Part shown: positions 12,520-25,520 of the stretch, in pieces
Position numbering within the stretch: position 1 is the stretch's first letter
How the letters are laid out: the number at the start of each line of letters is the position of its first letter
Source of the DNA: Iphione sp. A-MEVVRFRX5
Lineage: Eukaryota
Reading direction: 5' to 3'
Assembly (NCBI GenBank): GCA_976226885.1
Contig: OZ320313.1
Location: 142,476,001 to 142,540,000, forward strand
Length of the DNA stretch: 64,000 nt
Made by a program: the position numbers and the translations under genes
The notes under the pieces: generated by a model
Databases searched by the model: none
The model's input: the letters and a program-made list of their open reading frames with translations, nothing else
What the model was told of the DNA's origin: nothing

Positions 12520-14319
12520 TATGTTTCGATTCCTCTTGGAAAGGTGGTGGGGGTTTAATCCTAAGAAGTGCACAATACTGCATATAAGAGCCTAGTTATG
12601 TGCCTGGTGTTGTTTAACATATCAGCAAGAGGTGGCGCTGACGACACGAGGGCGTTTACCCAAGGGGACCCGGCGCTGTAAACAAGTCTTGTGCTTGTTT
12701 TGGTAATTGAGGAAAATCTCCCCTGTCAAGCACGAGGCCCCACTCAGGCTTCAGAGGGAGTTAGGGCTCGGATGGAGGCTTATCGTCACGATACGGCTAC
12801 GTGATAGATGTGCCCGGCTGCTTGCAACACCCGCTCGTGCAGCACCCAAGCGCCCCCACCCGGCCTCAGAGTGAGTCTCTACCGGCAGGTTTTCACTCTT
12901 CAAGGGCAATTGCAACTAGATCTGAATGTCAGGTAGGGATTGTAAGTGGGCGCGACCAGGGAAAGCTGCAGGGATAAGGACTGAATATGCGAGAGCCGCG
13001 CGAGTTGGATCGGAGGAAGAGGGACTTGACCCCGTGCCAGATATGGCTCATTCATTGACCAAGACGGAAACGTCCGCTTTATGATAGCAGTCATTACGTG
13101 TAGGTGTAAATCTAATTTCACGAGATGGACGGCAATGGTCCAATGCTCGAGTTACTTCTGGGAATCGGATGCATATGAATTTAATCCGAGAGATACGCTT
13201 TAATACCGGTAATGATTAAGGCAATCGAAATGTCACAATCTGCGCTAAATTAAATTATAGGGACGGCATCCCTTTTACAAGAGGAAACAAATCCAAGGGT
13301 GTAAATTCTTGTGTAATTGTAAATATCACTCCAGCCAAAGACAAGTTCTCGGTACGGTGCATTGGATAAAAGAACCATCTGATGTTCAAACCTGCATCTA
13401 TTTCTAGGGATACTGTTTCGTCGACAGTGGCTTTCTGTCCGAATTATACGCTGACCTAGTTTTACACGAGTGGTGCCCTTTCTGCTCCCATCTACTTCCG
13501 TGGGGCCAGTAGCCCTGACCTTAAATCAACGTCGCAGCTCCCTCTGGCGTCTCTTTAGCGAACGTATGCCCACGGGAACCAGCGTCTGATTTTCCGCGAA
13601 GCCGAGCACCAGACAACCGGAACCGGGAGACGAGATTGCCTGCGAGACTTCGCGAGAACCGGACGCTGCGCATGTGCAGAGGAGCGCGAGTCCCTGCCGA
13701 CCGTTAGCCTGGTACTTAATCATAGGTTTAGCCTTTCGATACCGTGGCACTTACTCATAGACCAGGTTCTGTTTCAAAGCCGCCCTCGATAAACATTGTA
13801 ATTATATGCAAATGCGAAAAATCCATTAGTGTAACACTCCACTATCCATATAACTTACATTGTGAGTCACTCTTGGTGAATTACCTTTATCCTGATGATA
13901 GTTATGATCTCTGGGACGATCCTACCGTTATTTAGGTTACTTTGATTGCTTTCAGTAAATACAGACTAGATATGCGTATTAAGAATAGACGAGTGGATTC
14001 TCTGTTCTTAAATCAGAGCCACACAAAATCATTAGAGGTTAACATAAAATTCGACTAATCTAATTGTGCATCAAGCGCGAGCTGCTTTGAGCCAGCCAGA
14101 CGACACGCCAACAAGGAATAAATGAGCTCGTTCTGATTATAGCCTTTATACGCAAGGATGAACACTTATTCAAAATATATACAGCAAAAACCCACTTAAA
14201 GACCAACTCACACATTAAAAGCATCCAATGTACAGCATTGACAAATGTGCCTACATGCCCACGGGAATTAAAGGTCTCAAGTGTACAATTGGACCTACAT
14301 CTAAAATGGCAAAAGCTCA

Positions 14320-14930
14320 CATGGAGACATAAGTTAAACTGGGGGGTTACGTAATTGATCCCAAATTGAAGTTCAAGAGTAGCCTTTGGATATTGTCCAA
14401 GAAGATGTGGTCCGTTGCAATTAGCTGAGGCAGGAAGAAGTTGGTTCTACCATTTAGTGCAATGCTAATGCTTTTCCAGTCGCTCCTCCTGCCGCATCTG
14501 AACTACTCAGCTGTGACCTTGTATGGTATAAATCAGGCAGACAAAGTGAGACAGACAGACAAAGTGAGACTGCGGGTAACTGTTAATAGGTGCACCAGAT
14601 TAGCCCTGCGGACGGGGCAGCTTCTGTCAGCATGAGGACTACAGGACAAGTTCAATGTTCCACGAGTTGAGGAGCTGCTAGAAGGGAAAGGTATACAGGT
14701 GGTGCGCCGGCAGTACCATCTGGGCTTGCTTCCCAAGTCTGCAACTACCTGCACACGCAAGGGAGAAACAGATCAAGGAGCAGTGCTTAGACCTCACAGT
14801 AGCCTATTCCGAACAAGGCTCCAGTATAGAGGAGTCTGCAGCTGGAATGGCCTGCCAGCGGACATCAAGAAGAATATGAAACCTCCTAGGTATAGATCGA
14901 TATAGGTAGACAGACAACATATCTTTCGCT
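14320..14930 (+). mobile_element. Decayed L2/CR1-group LINE, 3' end of ORF2
   Basis: VKLGGYVIDPKLKF (cf. KYLG..ID.KL.W), LPFSAMLMLFQSLLLPHLNYSAV...NRCTRLAL (cf. LY.SLI.PHL.Y...NRAAR.I) and YRGVCSWNGLPADIK. Confidence 0.8.
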
Positions 14931-15169
14931 GTGCAGTTAAAGGAAAACTAATTATGATCTGTTCATTCACCATAATGGACATCTGTCACGGGAACTCATG
15001 ATGGATACCTATCATAGGGTGCTAAGAGGCCCTCCCCTTGTGAACATGCTTCCTTGTACAACTGGTTTAGGACCATGATTTGGAAGGGGTGGCCTGAGAA
15101 GTGTTCAGAATTGCTCTTCTATTCTTAATTACATGAAGGGGGATAAACGGCAGATATTGGGGCAGGCTG

Positions 15170-15330
15170 TCCTCTGTTGAGCTATAGTGGAAGGGGTCTT
15201 TGAAGCATTGGCTCTTCTGTCCTGTGCTATATTCTCAATACTGTAATAAATGATCTGGAGTGGGCAAAGGGGGCTGTTAGTTTTATGTGTATGCAAAATA
15301 TTTACTGGTGTCCTGATGATATAGTGCAAA
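15170..15330 (+). mobile_element. Small LINE RT fragment (domains 4-5)
   Basis: GSSVLCYILNTVINDL (cf. QGSVLSP.LFNI.INDL) followed by a degenerate SLYA-like motif. Confidence 0.35.
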
Positions 15331-17299
15331 GCATTTTTCACAGGCTATGTGCGACTTTAATATATGATGCACCGCGTGCAGTTCCAAGTAGTATAATAAC
15401 ATTTGTGTTAGGAAGTCCTGGTGCTCATTTCTGGTGCATTATGCCAGATAACTGACTGATGGCAACATGTGTAATGCATTACTCAATTGACTGTGGTGTG
15501 AAGTATAATAAAGCTCTAGATTAGGTGTCACCCAATCTGGGATGGAATCGTTCAGGTAATATTTCCTTTACACGTGTAATCTGCAGTTGATTAATATAGA
15601 ATGTTGAAATATGTTTGTGCATAAATGTGGTGAAAAGAATGTACACATGATTTTTATATTCCTCACTGTGTATTGACCTTGCCTCTGTACAAATGTTACT
15701 AGTATGTTCTATGCTCTCACGTATTTTCTATTCTCTTTTCAGTAATTATCATAAACAACTCTATATACCCTATGGTGAAGATGATAATACACAATATAAA
15801 TCAAGATCAATCAGTCAATTTACATTGTATATATGTGTTTATCAAACATTTGAAGAGACCAATTCGAGACCGAGACATAAACTCGTCCCAAGCTCATTTT
15901 TTCTATTGTGTAAAAGCATTGATGACTGTGCAGTTGGCAAGCCATCTGCATCAAATTGGAAAATACATCAATCACGTATATAATGTTTCCCCTTTGCAGT
16001 TACCCTATCATATTCATTTCTATCTGCTTGCGAGCAGTTTTGATACGAAAGTGCTTGAGCTCATGAATTCCAATCAGATATTAACAATTGATGGAGTCCC
16101 CCGTGATTTCGTCATTCCAAGGGGGTGACCCACAACACTAACACGTCTTGAAAGAAATGCTTTCTGTGAAGGACAAACCCTTGAACCTGGCCATTTCGTC
16201 AATCATCTGTACTAGCGTGGTCACAAAAAATATACCGAGCGAATTGGGTAACGGAAACACAGTAAGCGTTGGGGTTCTCACAGAAGTGCGCAGGGAAAAA
16301 CGGAGATCAATAGGTAGGTATTAGGTGGATCAAAGGGCCGTGTTGCCATGGTGATGAGAGCATGCTGATAGTATGCTCACTGTGGGCCTCTGGTCGACTG
16401 TTGAGGTTCCACCTTGTCTGTTTGTCATGTTTGGGTCCACTAAAAAGGCATTAGGCCATCAGCCTCTTCAGTAGAACGTGCTTTTCGTGAGTTTGCTGTG
16501 CCATTGGCTCGTTCTCGTGCTGCTTTCCTCGCGTCATGTGACCCTTGACCTTGAGTAATTAATGGAAGAAATAAATACAGTTGCGTGATCGAACGATATG
16601 AACTGATGCATTCAGTACCCTACAGTTCAGATATTCACATAAAGAAGTATTTTTAACGTTCATTATGTTCCATTACGTAAAAATCACTATATTTGATGAA
16701 AAGATCAAAAGAATCACTTTACGAGTTTCTGTCTTATTTTACTAGTTCTTCTGGAAATATTATCAATATTGGAAGTAATATGGCATTTCAGATTTGTACA
16801 ATGCCTGTTTTTGTATAAGACCTGTTTTTTTCTTTTTATAGAATCTCTATGGTTTATCATGCACTCCTAATTCCTGCTTCAACCCTCTCCACTCCTTCCG
16901 TTTCCTTTCTACGTTTTTCCTTATTTACTGATTTATCTGATTTATGGAAGGCATTATCAGCTAAAACTTTATAGTCTTTATAATTATATTGAACAACGGG
17001 TAGGCTTCCTAATTGTGTTATTTGTTGGCTTCCTTTCGGATTTGGCTTCAGATGGCACTTTGCACATAATTTTCATAATAATTTCAACGATAAGATACCT
17101 CCATCTTGAAACCTTCGCCGAAACGAATTAAGCATAACCTCAAAGGCGAACAGGGGTGTGTAGTCACTTGTACATTTGGCCTCAGCATTGTCCTATGTGT
17201 ACATCTTACTGGTGCAAGAAAAGAATCCATTTCATTCAAACTACCCACCATCTTTGTACACCCCAAATTGCTTCTGCTACCTTTTCTCGCCTTTCCTCC

Positions 17300-18150
17300 A
17301 TCAAATCGCTCCTCTCAGTTGTATTTTATTCACGAGGCCCTTGCAAAGCAGCCCATCAGAGAATAAAGTCGGCCAGATTCGATTCCACGAGCCCGTGAAC
17401 GCGTGGAGTTTCCTAATTCAATATAAGGACTCCCTTTTGGCAATCCGTCTCTTTTCGTGTGGCTGGTGAATTCCGTCGCGCGGCTTCCACTCGTCTCCCC
17501 TTGCTACCCCTTGCCAACCTGCTTTCCCAGTTGTGTTTTTGCCCAGTTTCCGCCCGTGCTGGCGTCGACTGTGTAGGCAGTCGGAAGTGTTGATCCCTTG
17601 TTGGCGCCGTCGGCTGCCACAAGTGATTGGTGCATTTGAGTGTGTTGCCGGGGGGGGGAGGAACAGAGGGCTGTTCACATTTCTGGTCCACCATGGTGCG
17701 GTGCTGGAAGACGAGTAGGGCTGCTGATAGTTCTAGACAACCCTAGTCCGCCTCCCCCCACCCAAACACTCCCTCGCCCTCCGATTCTTGAGGGCAAATA
17801 TCGATCTCTCTTTCAATAAATTTGTAAACATTGATCCGCCGGATGCGAACCATCATCCACGTGCTCCCACCAGCACATGTGGCCCACCGGAGAACGTCCA
17901 CGCGCCGTGCCTCGACACAGGGGCTGGGGGTTTTCAATCACGGACACTGGAGTCGGCCGTGGAGGAGAGAAGCAGATAGATCAGCGCAGACGCCGTGCCC
18001 CGGAGCCTCCAGTTAGGTTTTGAAACCCCGTGATGGATGATGACTGATTGAGCCTGTTCACCGGACGCTTCCCGTGCACAGGACCTGTAATCGTTGGAAT
18101 CGGAGGCCCTTGGGGAAAGTGTAAAATAGCACCGCGCCTGTTACCCTCCC
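17300..18150. promoter_or_regulatory. CpG-island-like region, probable promoter/first exon
   Basis: Strong local GC and CpG enrichment, with an ETS-like CGGAAGT (17582) and an inverted CCAAT (GTGATTGGTG ~17623). Confidence 0.45.
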
Positions 18151-19989
18151 ATATTCCAAGTCCCTCCGACCAGTTCTTATATTCATCTATTGTCATAATG
18201 ACCTAAAATGACACTACAGCGGAGATCAATGCAAAAGCAGTTGATGGCCATTTTATATCCTCGCATTCATACATGCAAGAAATAATTTATACGCATGTAT
18301 ATGTGTCTAGGAAAACGCACGTTCTTTACTCTGGCGATAGTAGTGTACGCTTTGGGGATTTTGCGCTGCAGTTCGTCTCGAAAGGCTTGTAAGTAGTATA
18401 GGAAAATGACAGCGTTGAAATGTTTGTGTTGGCAGGTCGAGCTTTTGTACTATCACTGTCAATAGGCCATTTGCAGAAATATGCCTCGTTCCTGAAACCT
18501 GAAGCGTCCTCTAGGCAATCTTGGGTGTCTATGAATCCATCTGGACATTTTCCTCACATTCTGCTGAGACTATCCCTTCTGCCGATAACATATTTATAGA
18601 TACATTTTCAGATATGCATGTACATGTACATATATTCATATATTTATACAAGGTCAAACATCTCTATTCAAATGTCTGGAGAAAATTACCAGGAGCCGAG
18701 GGCATTCGGATAGTAAGGCCTAATTGTATACTGATTCAAACCTCTGCCCGTGCGAACAACACATGATCAGACCGCTTTATTCTCGGCCTGCATGCCAAAG
18801 GGCTTTTGGTAGGAGATGTGTCATTTATTTAGGCACCTATTTTGTTGTCGATCCACGAAGGTGAACCAATGCCCAGTGGGCTGCCGGTCAGGGACCAACT
18901 GTCGGTCAGTATTAACACAAATGGCACTTGGAATACCCATTGTTGCTTGAAATAATTGCGACCGCCCAAAAGGGCGTGAAATAAAGAATGTTGAGTGTAA
19001 GGTGGTGTTGTCGCGTCCTTGAATATTTCATGGCAGGTGTCTCCTTAATTTGAGGCGGCTTTCGTGGGAAGATGGCTTTATTTCAGAGATAGAATTACCA
19101 TGAGTTTTTTTTGCTCAAGTTGTGGTGAAATTTCTCCGTGGTGTCGGAAGATGTACTTAATCAGAATGTAATTCACTCTGCCCTCTGTATATTCCGTGCG
19201 TTCCTTCATGACAAATTATGCAGGGTGATTCCTGAAAATGCGTGCTTAGTTGTCATGGTCGTGAGAAAAAATAAAGATAGCAATCAATTATAATGTTCAT
19301 AAGGATTATGGAAACAGCATGACGCACACATTCAATCGGCTCCCGAGTTTTCAGTACGCACGTGAGATAGTTTACGTACGATTCGATCAAAATTTCATAA
19401 TGCACACAATGTTCAAGGCATACTTATACCGTTCAAAGACATTGCTATGAGGTAATCTACAAAAAGCCGGCCTCAAACACAAGGAGCACGGGATACACAT
19501 GCCACAAATCCATTTACAAAAGCCCGCCTTTTTCACGTGTATGTATAGTGAGCTTACGAGAATGTAGGTTATGTTGCGGCGCGTGTTCTTTGTTATTCAA
19601 CCGTCGGTTTCTGGGCGTACCCAAAGGAGGACTATTACACTCTTAGAAATTGACTATAAAATATCATAGAATCACATCTGTCAGAAAAACACACTACAGT
19701 GCCTTCTTTTACATCAAACATTTAAGAGTGTCTGATGGTACAAGTGAGGAAGGCTGGCTCCGTAGAAAATGTGTCCCATCATCGTCAAATCACTTACTGC
19801 GCTGGGTATCATCCTTCATCCTTAGGCACAGGCACGGAATTAGTTTAAGAATAGTGCATGGATTACATATTATGTAAATCAAGCTATTGTAAATTGTAGG
19901 AGAGTGATTTATGGAATACTCTTCACGTTTGGAATGATGTTCACTAAATCTTCAATTATAATCATCTTAAAGGGGTTAAGGGGGAAGCT

Positions 19990-20790
19990 GAGTGGACCTT
20001 TTATCTTTCCCCTGGCTTCCGAATTCATTTGTTAAGCTGTTATCTGGACTAGTCCTGACTGCCATTGCGAAGATGTTCTGTGAAGGCATATGACAAATTC
20101 AAGTATCCACTTCAATAAGCCAGGATTTATTTCACTTCACTCTACTTCCAGCTGACCAGATATTATCGGTCGCTTTCAATAAATTCTGTAATTAGCTTCG
20201 ACAGATGGCAAGTACAACACTTCTAGAAGCGCTGGCTTTGGTTTCATTCTGTCCGAGGCACTTAGCACCCCACAGTATTTCCCTGCTTAATTCATGTACG
20301 GGGCACACTGATGGTGTTAGCATTGTTAAAACCTGGCGTTTGCAGCAGTCTAATCACCACAATTATCCTTAAGTGCTGAAATTATCGCCCACTCATGTGA
20401 AGCGTCCTTATCTATTACCGACTAATTTCGTTCGGATGGCAATAGTGAGATTGCCTCCAAATGTAGCGGTCTACCGGTGAGCATCCTTCTATGAATCAAG
20501 TTAAAGTACTTTCTGATTGAATTTCATTCCGCCCCGGCATATCCAGCGATGGATAACGATGACACCATTGACGAAGTTGGTTCAATTGTTAGTTGACTGT
20601 CAGCGAAAAATACATTCCCTTCTTGTGGACCAGTTCATTCTTTTATTTCGGGGGGTGGGAAGCAGTCTAAAGCTGTCCTGCTGTAGAGAGTTGGGTGGTA
20701 TAATGCAGATCGCCAAGTATTTGATGTCAATGCAAATTGTTTCTACGTGAAGGTCTATAAGTAATTTTTCAATCTTAACTAGCAGCAAAC
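19990..20790 (-). mobile_element. Heavily decayed LINE RT 3' half
   Basis: Traces of IKY.AD.CII.HP (YADD region), FGGNLTI (YLG) and a VRP..E...W-like block on the minus strand. Very degenerate. Confidence 0.38.
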
Positions 20791-23700
20791 AGATTCATCA
20801 TTCCAATATAACAGGTAGCCTTCTCTCCATAAAAGATGTTACCTTGATAGTATATTTAAGTAGGATTCTCAGTACAGTAGGCTCGTTGTGCAAATGATGA
20901 TTTATCTCGCTGGAGACGCATGTGTGCGGTAACACATAACGTCAAAAACAAAACCTGATTTCAAATCAAACGATTTAAACGTTCAAGAGGCACCCAATAT
21001 GAATTGTGATAACTACGTATACCAGGCGGGAACAAAAATATAAACATCCATCAACGAGATACGAAATTAGCTTCATGCCATTTACAGTTGAAAAATGCAC
21101 AAAACGTTCCGTTGGTACATTTATTTTATAAATCAATCTATTTTGTTTTAGCATATACAGTACTAACTTATACTGTACTAACTTTTACTAACATATTCCC
21201 ACATTGTAACATATGATGATGTTTTTAATCTGCAATGTAAGGACATATGTGAAAGTACAATGGAATTACTCAGCATCCTTCGTATCTTCTGAAATGGGAC
21301 TTCGCCCCGTGAAGATAAATAAGAGGCCGTTTTCAATGCGCTTCTCACACTTTTCCCCAGTTGTTGGTGGTAAGACAAGAAGAAATTTGCACGTGAAATG
21401 TAGTGCATTAGCTGATTGAATTTAAAGGATACTTATAAAGCCGCACTCAAAGAGTGCTTGTTACATTAGTAATAGTTTCACGAGAGAATTCAAATAAATT
21501 AATACTTTCCTCCCACCGATTTATTAATGACCTTATGAAGCGATAGCATGTATCCCCACCGTCAGAGGAAAAGAAGTTAATAAAGCTACTGCGAAAGCAT
21601 TCAAGCTGGCAGATGTTCATTGCCCAAGGCGCACTTCAACAGAGAATGAAGTCTCCAGTGTAACACGACCAAATCATTAGACGTTTAGAAGATGGTATGG
21701 TGAATACAACATACACAGGTGTACACAGGAGTTATTGCTTTCGCCAGTTCTGCGCATTTCGTATTTTGCTACGGAATGTGGGTGAGGATATTTGGCTGTG
21801 CTTCTAGGATGTTTCCTGGACCTTTGCATTCAGATTTTATTCTGATAGGGAACGAAGCAAAAAGACATGAATTATTAAACATGTCTAGCTCGCCGTCTTT
21901 CTAGTGATGTGTAACACTTTAATGTGCTTGTTATCGCTGTTTTGTCACCCTTGCTATTGTACTGCTTCATTTTCTCTGTCCAGGTTCTTGTATAACGCGG
22001 TAAAACATCCACGCTTATAAGTGTCTCCGGGGTCTTTGACATGGTAATCACATAGACTCTCAGATGACTGGTTTATTAGGCACCTTTCCCCCGAGGTCAG
22101 CAAGGGCACAGGCTGATATCGAAGGTACTGCTTGGTATTTACAAGTAAAAGTTGCCGTACCACTATCGCATCAAAGCTTTGGACCCGTCTTTGGGGATAA
22201 ATGTATAGAAACCTATAGATACTGTTATGCCAAAATGGTCTGGTTTCCATAAGGCGTGGCGCACAACGTGCCGCTAAGGTTTAGATAGTGCTAAAAGGGA
22301 AATAAACCTGTCACGAACCATTACAGAAAAACAATAGCAATGCACATAGGACTTTGTCTTTACATCTTTTGGTTTCTTACAAGTGCCTTCGGCTCTTACA
22401 CTGGTTGTTCACGGGGTGTGGAATCGGTTTCTCCCAGCCTTAGTCAATTTCTCCCACCGTTAGATGATTTCTCCTGCACTCAGACATATTACTATACCCA
22501 GTTGAAGAAACTAGTACATACACACGCGCATGCATTCAATGATAATCCATTTCAACGGACAAAATCTGCATTAATCCTCATCTTTCTGAATAATATTCAC
22601 AGATATGTAAATGAATTAAATAAGTGATGTATCTTTCTAAAGTTTCATCAGTGTGAAATGAGACTTCCATGGCTGGCCCAAACCTACAATTCTACAAAAC
22701 AGCAAAACGTATGGTATATGATGCATAAAATAAACACATTGCATGGTACATAGTGCAACCACACATCTAGAACTAGAGTCAGAGTTATCAAGTCACCCCT
22801 ACTATTTGGTGCCACCATTTGGGATATTCCACATTGGGATAATTATGTCATTTAGCCGGAGCTTAAGTTTCACATTTCCCTCCTTACCCCCGACAAAGAA
22901 TCATCCGTAACCCCAATTACCTACATTCACAAGTTGATCAAACCTGGTAATCCTGTGGGCTGCTAAACCGATAGGGATATTTCATCGACTATTCCTGATG
23001 CTTTCCCCTAGAGTGGATATACACTACTAGAAAATCTATGTAAAACGTTCATCCGTTTGGCAACTAATCAAAAATATTCCACGATTTACCTAGTACGTTA
23101 AAGGAAATAATCTAATTTGACCTTTGGCCTTGGCGCCGTGGCATGTTATTTCAAAGCAGACATCTACGCGGCATCTGCTGATGAGATGCACTTTCTGAAC
23201 AGTCAGCCATTGCTGTTTCAATATAAGCCGGATGTATTTAAATTTTACATCCCTTAATACCGTGGTGGTGTATGCTCTGTGATCGAATGTAAAATCGAGA
23301 TGGTCGAGATATAGCTGTATGCAATATGGTAATGTGGAGGAGTATCTATATGGTTTTATGATTCAGATGTGCTGCCCAGATTTTCTCCATGTGCCTTAAT
23401 TGTCTTTTTTCATCATCACAAAGTTTGGGCATAAAGAAAGTTTTACTACATGTGGTTATGTTTAAGCTATTAAATTTGCTTCAGACTTTTAGGTCTGAGA
23501 TGAGCGTGAAAGTTGGCGGCCCCGTACTACCGGCATATCCAAGTAGCGATGTAACTGAGAAGTTACCTGTACTTCCATATACAGTGTTAGTGGTTTTGCT
23601 TTTATTTGCATTGTACGTGTCCAGTACAGTCGAATGCCTATTTGCTTCTATACCAAACTATAACCATTACCATTGATAGGACCATATTTATGGGGTCGCA

Positions 23701-23950
23701 ACAGAAATGACAATTGCTATATGAAGTTTGATCGTAATGCAACCAATATCGCTGAACGACCACTTCAGCCAAGAACAGCGGGATGGTTGCAAAGTGACAT
23801 TCTTCTGTACGTGTCAGTCGTGCCCTTTGGTCGTTCATCAAGGAATAATTCGGGAATATTGTTCTCGTCGTATCTGTGAGGACCGTCATCATGCAACGCA
23901 CACAGAGACATCACTCTGAAAATAACACTCTTTGTTTAATACTTTTCATA

Positions 23951-24129
23951 TACAGTAGAAACCCTATTTAAGACCGCTTGGGTCTCACCAAAAGTCGCCT
24001 GATTAGTGAGTTTGGTCTGAAATAGATAATTGCTAATTATAGAAATCAATACTTCTGTTCCCAGTTTAAATGGTCTGATATTGAATTTGGTCGCAAACTG
24101 GAGTGGTCTGAAATAGAGTTTCCACTGTA
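23951..24129. mobile_element. Tc1/mariner-type MITE (179 bp)
   Basis: 19-bp TIR TACAGTAGAAACCCTATTT versus the reverse complement TACAGTGGAAACTCTATTT (2 mismatches), TA target duplication, and internal GGTCTGAAATAG repeats. Confidence 0.85.
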
Positions 24130-24680
24130 TGTGAATGTGTCACTAGAAATTAACACTGTATCTTAATAGGAATAATGTATTAACATATTCATAGGTTTCC
24201 AACACTTTGAAAACCTTTTAGTGGTGTCTACATGAAGAGATAAATGTCTTTGATGTCTGAGAGTATAGGCATACGCAGCTACTATATAATCAACACTAAC
24301 GTATTAAAAGAATGATTTGGCATTTGTATTTGGTATCAATATCAAGATCAATCTCGGCATCATGTTTACGCACCAATTACTGCAGCAAGCCATAAGGGTA
24401 ACCAGTATATCATTGTTCTTGTATACTATACGCAAGCACACCACACGTCTTCTTCACTGGTATACAGCATTGATGTGAGTATTAAGAGTGGGCCTTACTC
24501 CTTGTTACAGTTACTTGTAACTTGCTGAAAGACACAGTTTTTCAGCAGTTGTCTCTGTGTGTGCCTGTGCCTGCGTCTGTGTATGTGTGTCTGTGTCATA
24601 CGGCACATGAGTGTCATCTGTCGGGAAATAAGTCTTGTGCCCCCTGTGTGTGTGATGTGTACCTGACGGAGCACCAATAC

Positions 24681-24975
24681 ATGACACACACATGAACATT
24701 GGTAGTAGCATGATACACACATGGACATGGACGGTACAATGACTTGAATCATGGACAAGGATAGTAGCATGACAAACACATGGACATGGATGGTAACATG
24801 ACACACATATGGACATGGATGGTAGCATGTCATATACACATGCATATTGGTGGTAGCATATTACACACTTGGACATGGACAGTAAAATGACATACACATG
24901 GGCATGGACACTAACATGACACACATAGACATGGGCAGTAAAATGGCGCACATGGACATGGATAGTAGTCTCACT
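24681..24975. repeat. Minisatellite, ~29-bp unit (CATGGACATGGATGGTAGCATGACACACA), about 10 diverged copies
   Basis: Directly visible tandem units; frame is not conserved. Confidence 0.85.
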
Positions 24976-25459
24976 ATGTCAAGTGTTACTGTAACTGAAA
25001 TATCAACACGTGTCGATAATGCATACGTCAACGTTGACACTGGCAATGCCACACAGACATCACATGCATATGTACCATGTGTAGTATGTCACCAATACCT
25101 ATGATACACACGTACAATGCTGACGTGGGTTGTAGGCACCTGGCTAGCTGAATGTAACTTGCAACATTTTATAAAAGCATATAACATGTGACAACTTCAA
25201 TAACATTATACTGTCTTCTGAGCACACTATGGATGGCGATAAATAATACCGAAAAATGCTATGAGTTACCCTTTTCTAAATACAACCTCAAGTGTGAGAT
25301 CCCATCCAAACCCAGTGCTCGTCATGTTAATGTCTCAATAAAGAGAAAACGCCGATGTCTCATCCTGAAATGTTATACGTCTGCGTGGTTGTGCTCCATC
25401 AAATGACTATTGTGTGCATGAACGTAAAGTGCTCTCCACTCATTGTGCAGTGTGTGATT

Positions 25460-25520
25460 TACGGCAACCAATCACAGGAGAGCACACAAAACATGACGTC
25501 ATGGCCGCCATCTTGGACAT
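25460..25520. promoter_or_regulatory. Core-promoter-like motif cluster: CCAAT box, CRE palindrome, YY1 site
   Basis: AACCAATCA (CCAAT at 25468), TGACGTCA (25494-25501) and GCCGCCATCTTGG (25504-25516) lie within 50 bp. Confidence 0.45.

Noticed and set aside
12600-13750. Solo LTR call
   Set aside because: A TG-like start is seen on the minus strand, but no matching CA end with a target-site duplication, PBS or PPT could be shown. Kept only as an ambiguous finding.
21954-22250. 98-aa minus ORF ending DYHVKDPGDTYKRGCFTALYKNL (faintly tetraspanin-loop-like)
   Set aside because: No CCG motif, no TM segments and no convincing splice sites.
24495-25104. Cys/Val/Met-rich ORFs
   Set aside because: Produced by the 29-bp minisatellite and AC-rich repeats.
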